A DNA stretch of 64,000 bases from an uncultured Verrucomicrobiota bacterium (GTDB lineage: Bacteria; Verrucomicrobiota; Verrucomicrobiia; Limisphaerales; UBA1319): assembly GCA_964538065.1 (NCBI GenBank), contig CAZIDG010000002.1, positions 25,229 to 89,228 of the forward strand, in the 5' to 3' direction. The notes below the pieces were generated by a model. That model had not been told where the DNA came from. It saw nothing but the letters and a program-made list of their open reading frames with translations, and did not search any database. The translations under genes and the position numbers were made by a program. This document shows, piece by piece, positions 37,296 to 46,230 of the stretch. Every line of letters begins with the position of its first letter. Within the stretch, counting starts at the first letter, position 1.

Positions 37296-38012
37296 TCAGG
37301 GTTCTCCCAGACTCCGGCGCACGATCTCGGCAAGTTTTTGAGGATAAAGCACGCAAACCGATTTTCCTTTCACTGAGATGAGTTTTTGATCTCGAAATTT
37401 TGCCAGAGTGCGCGAAAAGGTCTCGCTTACAGTGCCCAACTCTGCTGCCAAAGTGCGTTTGGTGGTGGTTAACTCAAAGATATGCGGCTTGTTCTGAAGC
37501 GGTTGAGGACAACGTTTCACCAGCCAGTGCGCAAGACGGGTTTCAACATCCTTGGCGGTCAAATCATCCAATCGCGATACAAGTACGCGCAAATGCATGG
37601 CCATGGATCCGAGCATGCGGACGGCCAGTTCAGGTTGGCGATGGAGCAGTGCAATGAATTCCTTCTTTTGCACCATCAACACCTGGCTGTTTTCCAGAGC
37701 GCGAGCATCCGCTGGGTAACCTGTGGCTGTGGCCAATGTGGCTTCAGCGAAGGAATCTCCGGCCCGGAACACATGAATCACCTGTTCCTTGCCGGCTGAA
37801 GAAATGCGATGCACGGTCAACGAACCGGTTTGCACGACAAAAAAACCGCAGGATGGCTCGCCCTCCCGAAAGAGGTATTCGCCCTTGTCCAAGGCCTTGA
37901 GCACGGTGATGTTGGCGATGGCCATGAGATCTGCCGGTGGCAAGCCGGCAAACAATTGGCAATTGCGCAGGGTGTTGATGATGGCGGTGTTTCTTAATGA
38001 CGCTGCGTTCAT
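37296..38012 (-). CDS. Crp/Fnr-family transcriptional regulator (no FNR Cys cluster; E-x2-SR recognition helix)
   Basis: cNMP-binding-like beta-roll (GEYLFREGEPSCGFFVVQTGSL ... FRAGDSFAEA) and C-terminal HTH TKRTLAAELGTVSETFSRTLAKF. Confidence 0.9.
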   Translation of the reverse strand: MNAASLRNTAIINTLRNCQLFAGLPPADLMAIANITVLKALDKGEYLFREGEPSCGFFVVQTGSLTVHRISSAGKEQVIHVFRAGDSFAEATLATATGYPADARALENSQVLMVQKKEFIALLHRQPELAVRMLGSMAMHLRVLVSRLDDLTAKDVETRLAHWLVKRCPQPLQNKPHIFELTTTKRTLAAELGTVSETFSRTLAKFRDQKLISVKGKSVCVLYPQKLAEIVRRSLGEP

Positions 38013-38206
38013 GATTCATTTATGTCCGCTGTTGGGGAGACAAACGCAAACACAATTCCTAAGATAAAGCACGTTTGATGTAAAACAAACAATCAAAGAA
38101 CATTGGCGATACGGCAGAAAAAAAGAACATGTGAAGAAAGATGTTGAATTCAAGCCGGTCTTCCTTATGATTTTGCCCGTGCCTGGCAACAGGTACAAGA
38201 CATGGT

Positions 38207-38283
38207 CGGGGCTTAGCGTAGCTTGGTAGCGCGTCTGAATGGGGTTCAGAAGGTCGTGAGTTCAAATCTCACAGCCCCGACCA
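38207..38283 (+). tRNA. tRNA-Pro (anticodon GGG), CCA encoded
   Basis: Manual fold. Acceptor CGGGGCT/AGCCCCG. D-arm GCGTAGCTTGGTAGCGC. Anticodon stem TCTGA/TCAGA with loop AT-GGG-GT. Variable AGGTC. T-arm GTGAG-TTCAAAT-CTCAC. Discriminator A, then CCA at 38281-38283. Confidence 0.9.
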
Positions 38284-38314
38284 TCCTTACTCCAAGGTTT
38301 TTCTTCCGAATGGT

Positions 38315-39808
38315 ATGCTCACACCGTCGGTGAAACCGGATTTGCAGGCGCTCCCCAGATACAACATGGGATACATCTGGATGGTATCGCTTGTTGCCGC
38401 CCTGGGTGGCTTATTGTTCGGCTATGATTGGGTGGTCATTGGGGGTGCCGCAAGATTCTACGAGGCCTTTTTTTCACTTAAGAACACCGTAGATCAATTG
38501 GCGCCGGGGGCGGGATTTTTTGAAAAGGCATGGGCGAGCATCATATCGCCCACTGGATGGGCGCAAAGTTGTGCCTTGCTGGGATGCCTGGGGGGGGCCT
38601 TGGGTTCGGGTGCCTTGAGTGATCGTTTTGGCCGCAAACCCATCCTTGTTTTGGCGGCAACCAACTTTCTGATATCCTCGATTGGCATCGCCTTTGCGCA
38701 GAGTTTTTCAGGTTTTGTATGCTGGCGCATCCTGGGCGGCATGAGCATTGGTCTGGCCTCGAACATATCCCCGATGTATATTTCCGAAATCTCCCCGGCT
38801 TCTCAGCGCGGACTTTTGGTGGCGATCAACCAATTGACGATCGTACTGGGAATTCTTGGTGCACAGTTGGTAAACTGGTGCATTGCAGAGCGTGTGCCCG
38901 AAGGAATCAGCCCGGACGCTTTTGCAGCATCCTGGAACGTTGCGAAGGGGTGGCGTTTTATGTTTGCAGCCTGTGGCGTTCCCTCTCTCTTTTTCCTGGT
39001 GACCTCGCTATTTGTCCCGGAAAGCCCCCGCTGGCTGGTCAAAGCAGGCCAGGAGAAGAAGGCGGAGCAGATCCTGGGACGGATAGGGGGAAGCCAATAT
39101 GCATTGAATGCCCTCCAGGAAATCAAGGGCTCGTTGGTCCACGAAAACAAACAGGTGCGCTACCGTGAATTGTTTGAGCCAAGGGTGCTGATTGTGCTGG
39201 GTCTGGGAGTTTTTCTTGCAGTGTTCCAGCAATGGTGCGGGATCAATGTCATTTTTAATTATGCCGGGGAGATTTTCAAACAGGCCGGATATGACATCAA
39301 TGACACCCTGACCAACATTGTCATGACGGGCATTGTAAACCTGGCTTTCACCTTCGTGGCCTTGTTTACCGTGGATCGACTGGGGCGCAAGCCCCTCATG
39401 CTGTTTGGAGCAATGGGGTTGGCGGTGATCTATGTGGCCATTGGGTGGTGCTATCAGGTCAAGAGTGCTGGAGGAGTGGTTCCGAATTATGCATTTTTAA
39501 GTTTGGTGCTGGGGGCCATCGGGTGTTATGCCATGTCCCTGGCGCCAGTCACCTGGGTCATCATATCGGAGATATTTCCCAATCGAATTCGTGGCACGGC
39601 CATGTCGATCGCAGTGGGGTTTCTGTGGATTGCCTGTTTTATTCTGACCTACACATTTCCCATTTTTAATTCAAAACTGGGAGCCTCCACCACCTTTTGG
39701 ATTTATGCGGGGGTATGCCTTGCGGGATTTTTTGGCATCCTGATGCAATTGCCGGAAACCAAAGGCAAGTCCCTTGAACAGATCGAAAAAGACCTGGTAA
39801 ATCGATGA
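38315..39808 (+). CDS. MFS sugar porter (XylE/GalP-type sugar:H+ symporter)
   Basis: GGLLFGYD, DRFGRKP, PESPRWL, PETKGKSLEQIE and 12 predicted TM segments. Alternative start ATG at 38366. Confidence 0.9.
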   Translation: MLTPSVKPDLQALPRYNMGYIWMVSLVAALGGLLFGYDWVVIGGAARFYEAFFSLKNTVDQLAPGAGFFEKAWASIISPTGWAQSCALLGCLGGALGSGALSDRFGRKPILVLAATNFLISSIGIAFAQSFSGFVCWRILGGMSIGLASNISPMYISEISPASQRGLLVAINQLTIVLGILGAQLVNWCIAERVPEGISPDAFAASWNVAKGWRFMFAACGVPSLFFLVTSLFVPESPRWLVKAGQEKKAEQILGRIGGSQYALNALQEIKGSLVHENKQVRYRELFEPRVLIVLGLGVFLAVFQQWCGINVIFNYAGEIFKQAGYDINDTLTNIVMTGIVNLAFTFVALFTVDRLGRKPLMLFGAMGLAVIYVAIGWCYQVKSAGGVVPNYAFLSLVLGAIGCYAMSLAPVTWVIISEIFPNRIRGTAMSIAVGFLWIACFILTYTFPIFNSKLGASTTFWIYAGVCLAGFFGILMQLPETKGKSLEQIEKDLVNR

Positions 39809-39814
39809 TATGAT

Positions 39815-41785
39815 ATGAAAATTCCATGCACATCATTCCTGCTGGCCATCACCGGTTGTATCAGCATGGCCATGGCTGCAGAAACAGTCCGCCTGAACAA
39901 CCTCGATTTTGGACTGGTCAGGCAAGGGTGGGGGACGCCTCAGATCAATCAGTCAATCCGGGAAAAGCCCCTGACCATTGGAGGGAAGGTGTATGAATAT
40001 GGCGTGGGATTGCATGCCTCGGCCTCCATATGGGTTGATCTGGGCGGGGGATGCGATTCCTTTTCAACTGAAGTGGGGGTTGATGATGCCGCAGGGGCGC
40101 CAGGAACGATTACCTATAAGTTTTACGCTGATGGCAGGAAGCTCTGGGAATCGGGGATCATGAAGTGGGGTGAAAAGGCCAAAACAGTTCAATTGGATTT
40201 GCGGGGATGCAGGATGCTTTTGATACAGATTGGCGATGCTGGTGACGGCATCAGTTTTGACCATGCTGATCTTGCCAACGCCTCCTTTTCTGTAAGTGGT
40301 GCCAAACCGCACCTGGTTTCTGGCCTGGTCGAAACCCCATACATTTTAACGCCCAAGGCCGACAAGGCGCCGAAAATCAATGGCCCCATGGTATATGGTT
40401 GCCGCCCAGGCAATCCATTCCTTTACCGGATGCCCGTCACAGGAGAACGCCCCATGGTGTTTTCAGCCAAAGGGCTTCCTTCGGCGATCACAATCAATCC
40501 TGACAGTGGGATCCTCAGCGGCGTTGCACCGGAGGTTGGGGAATACCAGGTTACTTTTCAGGCAAAGAACGCTCACGGAAGGGCGACCCGGACTTTCAAG
40601 ATCGTATCTGGTCAGACCCTGGCATTAACACCTCCCATGGGGTATAACCACTGGTACTATCACTATGACCACATTACTGAACAACTGATGCGGGAAGCTG
40701 CGGATGTGATGGTTGCCAGCGGCATGGCTGATGTTGGATACCAGTATGTCAACATTGACGATTGCTGGATGAATGCCGCACGGAACAACGATCCCATGCG
40801 CGTGGGGCCTTTGCGCAATGCGGACGGTAACATCATCCCGAACAAGCATTTTCCCGATATCAAAGGGATGGTTGACTATGTTCACGGAAAAGGCCTGAAA
40901 GCCGGTATTTACACCTCGCCTGGCCCGCGGACCTGTGCGGGCTTTGCGGGTGCATACGGATATGAAGAGCAGGATGCCCGGCAATTTGCGGCTTGGGGCT
41001 TTGATTTTCTGAAGTATGACTGGTGTTCCTACGATGAGGTGGTCAAGGGGGATCACACCCTGGAAATCCTCAAAAAGCCCTACAAACAAATGGGCGACCT
41101 TCTGAAACAGCAACCTCGCGACATCGTATATAACCTCTGCCAATATGGCATGGGAGATGTCTGGAAATGGGGGGCGGAGGTCGGTGGACACTGCTGGCGA
41201 ACTGCGGGTGATCTTGGTTTCGAACTGAACCGCATCTTTGAAGTGGCCTTAAAGAACGCTGAGTATCGGGACTATTCTCACCCCGGAGCCTGGAATGACC
41301 CTGATTACATCCAGATCGGCTATATTGGCGATGCAAACGATATGGGGGCCCCCAAGATGTGTCCACTGACGCCTAGTGAACAATATTCGTTCATGAGCCT
41401 TTGGTGTTTGATGGCAGCACCATTGTTCTATAGTGGGGATATGGGACGACTTAATGAGTTCACCATCAATGTCCTATGTAATCCCGAAGTCATTGAAGTG
41501 GACCAAGATGCACTTGGACAATGCGCCCGAGTTGTGAACCTGGAAGGTGAGTCGTTTGCCATGGTCAAGGACATGGCGGACGGGAGCAAAGCGGTGGGGT
41601 TGTTTAACCGCGGTGAGATGCCAACGCGCATCAAGGCCACGTGGTCTGTTTTGGGGATCCAACGCGTTAAAAAAGTGCGCGATCTCTGGCGTCAAAAGAA
41701 TCTGGGTCGGTTACCCTTGGGCTATGAGGCAGAGATACCACGTCATGGGGGAGTTCTGCTTCGGGTTTGGTCCAAGCCAGAATAA
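39815..41785 (+). CDS. Secreted alpha-galactosidase (GH27) with an N-terminal NPCBM carbohydrate-binding module
   Basis: Signal peptide. NPCBM-like block (GWGTPQINQSIREKPLTIGGKVYEYGVGLHASASIWVDLGG ... YKFYADG). GH27 core (PPMGYNHWY ... YQYVNIDDCWM ... FLKYDWC ... WNDPDYIQIG). Confidence 0.85.
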   Translation: MKIPCTSFLLAITGCISMAMAAETVRLNNLDFGLVRQGWGTPQINQSIREKPLTIGGKVYEYGVGLHASASIWVDLGGGCDSFSTEVGVDDAAGAPGTITYKFYADGRKLWESGIMKWGEKAKTVQLDLRGCRMLLIQIGDAGDGISFDHADLANASFSVSGAKPHLVSGLVETPYILTPKADKAPKINGPMVYGCRPGNPFLYRMPVTGERPMVFSAKGLPSAITINPDSGILSGVAPEVGEYQVTFQAKNAHGRATRTFKIVSGQTLALTPPMGYNHWYYHYDHITEQLMREAADVMVASGMADVGYQYVNIDDCWMNAARNNDPMRVGPLRNADGNIIPNKHFPDIKGMVDYVHGKGLKAGIYTSPGPRTCAGFAGAYGYEEQDARQFAAWGFDFLKYDWCSYDEVVKGDHTLEILKKPYKQMGDLLKQQPRDIVYNLCQYGMGDVWKWGAEVGGHCWRTAGDLGFELNRIFEVALKNAEYRDYSHPGAWNDPDYIQIGYIGDANDMGAPKMCPLTPSEQYSFMSLWCLMAAPLFYSGDMGRLNEFTINVLCNPEVIEVDQDALGQCARVVNLEGESFAMVKDMADGSKAVGLFNRGEMPTRIKATWSVLGIQRVKKVRDLWRQKNLGRLPLGYEAEIPRHGGVLLRVWSKPE

Positions 41786-41942
41786 CCGAATACGAATAAC
41801 TGCATATACGTCAAATTCTTGTATCTTGATTACCCGGATAGGCCGGGGTAGGATTCAACCAATTAGCCATGATCAGAGACAGGCACATTGTTGTGCTGTA
41901 GCTATTATGGCAAGAACACAGACCAATAGATAAGGACAAAAA

Positions 41943-43334
41943 ATGAGCGAGAATTCGGTCAATCTTTCTACGCGTCGCGAGTTCATCAAGAACACCGGTA
42001 AGATCGCTGCAATGACGGCCCTCGCGGGCACGATCATTCCGCATGTTCATGCGGCAAGCAGTGATACCATTCAGGTTGCCCTGATTGGATGCGGCGGACG
42101 CGGCACAGGCGCTGCGGAGGATGCGCTTTCCACCAACAGCGGCCCCATCAAGCTCGTCGCAATGGCTGATGTGTTTCCTGAAAAACTCAAGAACAGCTAC
42201 AATCAGCTCAAAAAGAACCGCGGCACCCAGGTGGACGTGCCGGAAGATCGTCAATTCATCGGCTTCGATGGATATAAGAAAGCCATGGATTGTCTGAAAC
42301 CCGGTGACATTGCGATTTTTGCGACACCTCCGGGTTTCCGTTGGGTGCACTTCACCTACGCCATTGAAAAGGGCCTTAACGTATTCATGGAAAAACCCGT
42401 CACCGTTGACGGTCCCACAACCCGCCGCATGCTCAAGTTGGCCGAGGAAGCCAAGAAAAAGAACCTCAAGGTGGGCGTGGGTTTGATGTCCCGTCATAGC
42501 CGTCCCCTCCAGGAACTGGCGGATCGTGTTCACAATGGTGAGATTGGCGACATCATTTTAATGCGCGGTTATCGCGTGCATGGCCCCGGCGGATCGTTTG
42601 CCTCGCCGCCGAAGCCCGAAGGCATCAGCGAGTTGATGTACCAGATTCAGCGCTTCCACAGCTTCCTGTGGGCCAGCGGCGGCAATTTCAGCGACTTTTA
42701 CATCCATGTCATTGACCACCTTTGCTGGATGAAGAATGCCTGGCCTGTCAAAGCTCATGCACTGGGCGGACGTCATTACAAGAAGAGTCCGGAAGGCGTG
42801 CCTTTTGTGGACCAGAACTTCGATGTGTATGCTGTGGAATACACCTTTGAGGATGGCAGCACCATGTCGTTTGATGGTCGCTGCATGGTGGGTTGCAGTG
42901 AGATATATTCCAGCTACCTGCACGGCACCAAGGGCATGGCTGTTGCCTCCAAGAGTGGCGACTGCGGCGCCCCTTCCAGTATCTACAAAGGCCAAAAAGT
43001 GGATCGCGCCGGCATGCTTTGGGAATCCAAAACGAAGCCGGGCGAGCAGAATCCTTACCAAAACGAGTGGAATGACCTGGTCAATGCCATTCGCAACGAC
43101 CAGCCCTATAACGAAGTCAAATACGGAGCGGAGACCAGCCTGGTCACCTCCATGGGACGCATGGCGGCGCATACGGGCCAGATCATCACCTTCGACCAAA
43201 TCATGAACAGCACGCATGAATTTGCGCCTGGTGTTGCAGATTTGACCATGACTTCGGCCGCACCCCTGGTGGCTGACGCCAAGGGACAATATCCAGTGCC
43301 TCAACCTGGCATTGTAACTGATCGCGAGTACTGA
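41943..43334 (+). CDS. Gfo/Idh/MocA-family oxidoreductase with a TAT signal
   Basis: Twin-arginine motif STRREFIKNTGKIAAMTALAG and Rossmann motif VALIGCGGRGTGAA. 463 aa. Confidence 0.9.
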   Translation: MSENSVNLSTRREFIKNTGKIAAMTALAGTIIPHVHAASSDTIQVALIGCGGRGTGAAEDALSTNSGPIKLVAMADVFPEKLKNSYNQLKKNRGTQVDVPEDRQFIGFDGYKKAMDCLKPGDIAIFATPPGFRWVHFTYAIEKGLNVFMEKPVTVDGPTTRRMLKLAEEAKKKNLKVGVGLMSRHSRPLQELADRVHNGEIGDIILMRGYRVHGPGGSFASPPKPEGISELMYQIQRFHSFLWASGGNFSDFYIHVIDHLCWMKNAWPVKAHALGGRHYKKSPEGVPFVDQNFDVYAVEYTFEDGSTMSFDGRCMVGCSEIYSSYLHGTKGMAVASKSGDCGAPSSIYKGQKVDRAGMLWESKTKPGEQNPYQNEWNDLVNAIRNDQPYNEVKYGAETSLVTSMGRMAAHTGQIITFDQIMNSTHEFAPGVADLTMTSAAPLVADAKGQYPVPQPGIVTDREY

Positions 43335-43363
43335 GATCGCGCGGGAATTGATCTAAAAATGCA

Positions 43364-43397
43364 GACGCCGGGACTCAAATCCCGGCGTCGTTTTTTT
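43364..43397 (+). terminator. Rho-independent terminator after the oxidoreductase gene
   Basis: GACGCCGGGA (43364-43373) pairs perfectly with TCCCGGCGTC (43380-43389), with loop CTCAAA, followed by GTTTTTTT (43390-43397). Confidence 0.8.
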
Positions 43398-43438
43398 AAG
43401 CTGGAACTTACGAGAAGAAGGCTGGTGGCGTCCGTTAA

Positions 43439-44254
43439 TCAAGGACAATCGAAATGGCTGATGCCCCCAAGATCTGTCTTCTTGACCCAACCCGCAAGAT
43501 CATTGGCCCCTCGGATGTACCAATAGTCACTGCGTTCCCTTTCGAATCGCACCACTTCACCCCCGACCAGTTTCGTGAGAATTTCAGCGTCCTGCGTGGG
43601 GGTTAAACGCAGTGGGGCCTGAGAGGGAATGACGACGGCCAGTCTGGTGCGACTTTGTATTCCCACCAGGGCCGGCAGCGTAAAGAAGAAAATGGCGAAA
43701 CATGCAGCTGCACATCCCTGATGCCAGTCCTTTTTACGCCATCGAAAAGTGCCGGGGAGCATGATCAGTACGATGGCACTCCACAAGGTGATGGCTGACA
43801 ACCATGCCCACCAATGGGTGGGGAGCCATGTGCTGCAGATCTCATACCAGGTCAATGGTGGAGAATCCAATTGTGCGCTTTTACGGGCAAACCGAAGATT
43901 TGCCTGGGTGCCAGCGCTGAAGGGATCAAGCCACTGAGCACGTTCCCAAGCCAGCATGGCAGCACCGGTGTGGCCTGATTTCCATTCTGCGTTGCCCAGA
44001 TTGTGAAATGTGCCGGCGGACGGGGCCAGTTTCGAAGCGTTTTGGAAACACACGACCGCCTGGGTATGGTTTCCTGAAATGTAAGCCCCGACTCCTTGAT
44101 TGAAGTAATCCTGAGCGGTAACAGCACGCAAGGTAACTCCAGAAACAATGGCGCAGCACAACACCAGGGCGATTATCCAGGGCGACCGATGGCAGGACCG
44201 GAGCGGCATGGGAACATGGAAGCTGGATTTAAAGGATTTCAATTGCCAGATCAT
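43439..44254 (-). CDS. BatE-like protein (TPR + TM + SH3b)
   Basis: The start ATG at 44254 forms an ATGA junction with the BatD-like stop. TPR-like N-terminus (YFNQGVGAYISGNHTQAVVCFQNASKLAP...), two TM segments, and a C-terminal SH3-like region (SDYWYIRGANDLAGWVKKTDL). Confidence 0.7.
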   Translation of the reverse strand: MIWQLKSFKSSFHVPMPLRSCHRSPWIIALVLCCAIVSGVTLRAVTAQDYFNQGVGAYISGNHTQAVVCFQNASKLAPSAGTFHNLGNAEWKSGHTGAAMLAWERAQWLDPFSAGTQANLRFARKSAQLDSPPLTWYEICSTWLPTHWWAWLSAITLWSAIVLIMLPGTFRWRKKDWHQGCAAACFAIFFFTLPALVGIQSRTRLAVVIPSQAPLRLTPTQDAEILTKLVGGEVVRFERERSDYWYIRGANDLAGWVKKTDLGGISHFDCP

Positions 44255-46230
44255 AGCCGTGCCTTTAGTTGATCCAGGACGGACTGAATTTGGGGATCCA
44301 TCTGCGAACATGAGAAATCCTCGGGCGGTTTGCCGGCATAGCGCAGGGTATCGGCCGCCTTGAAAAGACGTTGAACCACACTTGTGGCTTCACCGTTCAG
44401 ACCATGCATGTGCAAATACTCCAGGATATCAGCACATACCAGGGCGTGGGCTTTGGCCTGCAATTGGGGCGCGGATATTTCGCTCAAAGCCGTGACTGCG
44501 GCGCGAATATAGTCGGTGCTGGCATTGTCATGAGCTGCGGCATTCATGGCTCGGCGATGCTTTCGCAGGGCGCGCCGTGCTCGTCGCTTAAGAAGGACCT
44601 CAGGATGCTCCTTCAAATAACGCTTGCGTCTATCTGCAACCCAAATGCCAAGGATGGTCAACGCAGGAACCATTTGCAGACAGATAAACCACAATCGATC
44701 CTGCAGGGGAGTGAGAGTGACTACATGGTTGCCCATCGTTTCACTAAGTCCCGTAAGGATGAGGCCTCGTTCAGATGGCGCTTCAGCACTTCCGGGAGTC
44801 TGTACTGAAGCGGTTTCAGTCAAGGCCTCAATACCCACGAGGCCGTTCGTGGACGGTAGCACTTTGATGGCTGTTGGAGGGATGGTGAGATCCACGTAGG
44901 CATTCTTCTTCGGATCAAAATAGCTAAATGGTATGGCAGGTGTGGCAATTACCTGAGTCGATTTTGGAATTAAAGTAAAATTCAGCTGACGGTAACCTGT
45001 GGTCCCAGACAGATAAACAGGAACACCATCACTGAGAGGATTAAATATTTGCCAATATCGAGTCCCCATGGGACGCGGGGAGATCAGCCTGGCAAAATTG
45101 CCCTCTCCTTTCACGGTGACTGACATTTGGATTGGTTCCCCGGCACGCACCTCGGTGGCGGAGAGACGGGGCGAATCCAACGCAAAAGTTCCAATGCCTC
45201 CAGTAAAACCAGGCAGTTCACCCTCCTTGGGCAACGTCTTTGCAGTCAGTTCCACGGGGCCCGAGTCGAGCAGCGGCATGGATGTGGGAATGGTGCCTGG
45301 TTGGGCCGGTCCCGGCCGCGTGATGACGGCATGGACCTGTGCAATAAAGGTTCGTTTGCCCGGCATGATGGGAGTTATAACAACCTCGTTAATGAACGCT
45401 GTTTGCATGCGACCATTTCGCATGGTCATATCCCGTCGCTGACGCATGGTATTCATGTCAACCAGAATGCCTTCGCCCTGCAACTGCAGCTGAGTCATGC
45501 CCAAAACGGTGTTGTTACCGGGGTCGATAAGCAGTACCTTGATGGGAACGGACTGCCCCACATACCATTCTCCCGGAGGCATCTCCACAGTGACAGCAGG
45601 TGGCGGCAATGTCTCACTCCCCTCATTCTGTTCGATAACCAATAACTGTGCGGCCGGCACCGTGTAAGTCTTGTTGTAGACTGTGATATTAAAACCAGGC
45701 ATGAGAATGGTTCCTGATGCCTGTGGAGTCACACGGTAATTAATCGACGTGCGAGGCAGCAATTTTTGCGCAATGGGCATGTAGTATTGACCGCGTCCTC
45801 CTGGGACGAATGACACGCCAGGTGGCATCGGCATCTTTTCCGGAAGGTGCACCGATTCGTTCATGGCGGTAATCAGGATACGATAGGTGCTGGATTGTCC
45901 CACCTTGATGGAAGGGGGATCAAAAGATGCTTCAACAACGATGGGAGAATTTACATCAATTTCGGGCTGCTGGAGCATCAATGTCGTTAATGGATCATTG
46001 GTCGAGGATGAAGGAAGGGGGGCCCCTTGAGAACGTATTACTGGCCTCAAAACCTGTGAGCCTGCTGGTGGGGGAGGCGTGTTTGTGTTCTGCCCCATCA
46101 CATCAATGGACGGACCGAACCATCGCGCCAGGAAACAAAGCAAAACGAAGAGACAAACATGACGGGTGTGTCCCTTGGGAGTTGCACAAAGACGCTCGGC
46201 TGGATGATGGTTAAAAATGAAATTGTGCAT
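44251..46230 (-). CDS. BatD-like oxygen-tolerance protein
   Basis: About 660 aa. Signal/TM, long beta-rich ectodomain, a late TM (LWFICLQMVPALTILGIWVA) and a cytoplasmic helical tail. Its position between the BatC-like and BatE-like genes fits. The ATG at 46230 forms a TAATG junction with the upstream stop. The longest ORF starts at TTG 46236. Confidence 0.7.
   Translation of the reverse strand: MHNFIFNHHPAERLCATPKGHTRHVCLFVLLCFLARWFGPSIDVMGQNTNTPPPPAGSQVLRPVIRSQGAPLPSSSTNDPLTTLMLQQPEIDVNSPIVVEASFDPPSIKVGQSSTYRILITAMNESVHLPEKMPMPPGVSFVPGGRGQYYMPIAQKLLPRTSINYRVTPQASGTILMPGFNITVYNKTYTVPAAQLLVIEQNEGSETLPPPAVTVEMPPGEWYVGQSVPIKVLLIDPGNNTVLGMTQLQLQGEGILVDMNTMRQRRDMTMRNGRMQTAFINEVVITPIMPGKRTFIAQVHAVITRPGPAQPGTIPTSMPLLDSGPVELTAKTLPKEGELPGFTGGIGTFALDSPRLSATEVRAGEPIQMSVTVKGEGNFARLISPRPMGTRYWQIFNPLSDGVPVYLSGTTGYRQLNFTLIPKSTQVIATPAIPFSYFDPKKNAYVDLTIPPTAIKVLPSTNGLVGIEALTETASVQTPGSAEAPSERGLILTGLSETMGNHVVTLTPLQDRLWFICLQMVPALTILGIWVADRRKRYLKEHPEVLLKRRARRALRKHRRAMNAAAHDNASTDYIRAAVTALSEISAPQLQAKAHALVCADILEYLHMHGLNGEATSVVQRLFKAADTLRYAGKPPEDFSCSQMDPQIQSVLDQLKARL

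Noticed and set aside
38075-38096. TTGAT-N12-ATCAA inverted repeat upstream of the Crp/Fnr gene, considered as an autoregulatory FNR box
   Set aside because: The spacing is 12 nt rather than the 4 nt required for Crp/Fnr-family dimers. The region is AT-rich, so a chance occurrence is likely.
41811-43304. Two minus-strand ORFs of 240 and 248 aa
   Set aside because: Both are antisense to the Gfo/Idh/MocA oxidoreductase gene, which has a TAT signal and a Rossmann motif. The translations have no recognisable features.
38207-43400. tRNA-Pro-flanked sugar cluster, considered as an integrated genomic island
   Set aside because: I saw no integrase, no phage or IS gene, and no direct repeat of the tRNA 3' end downstream. 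The gene content is ordinary carbohydrate metabolism.
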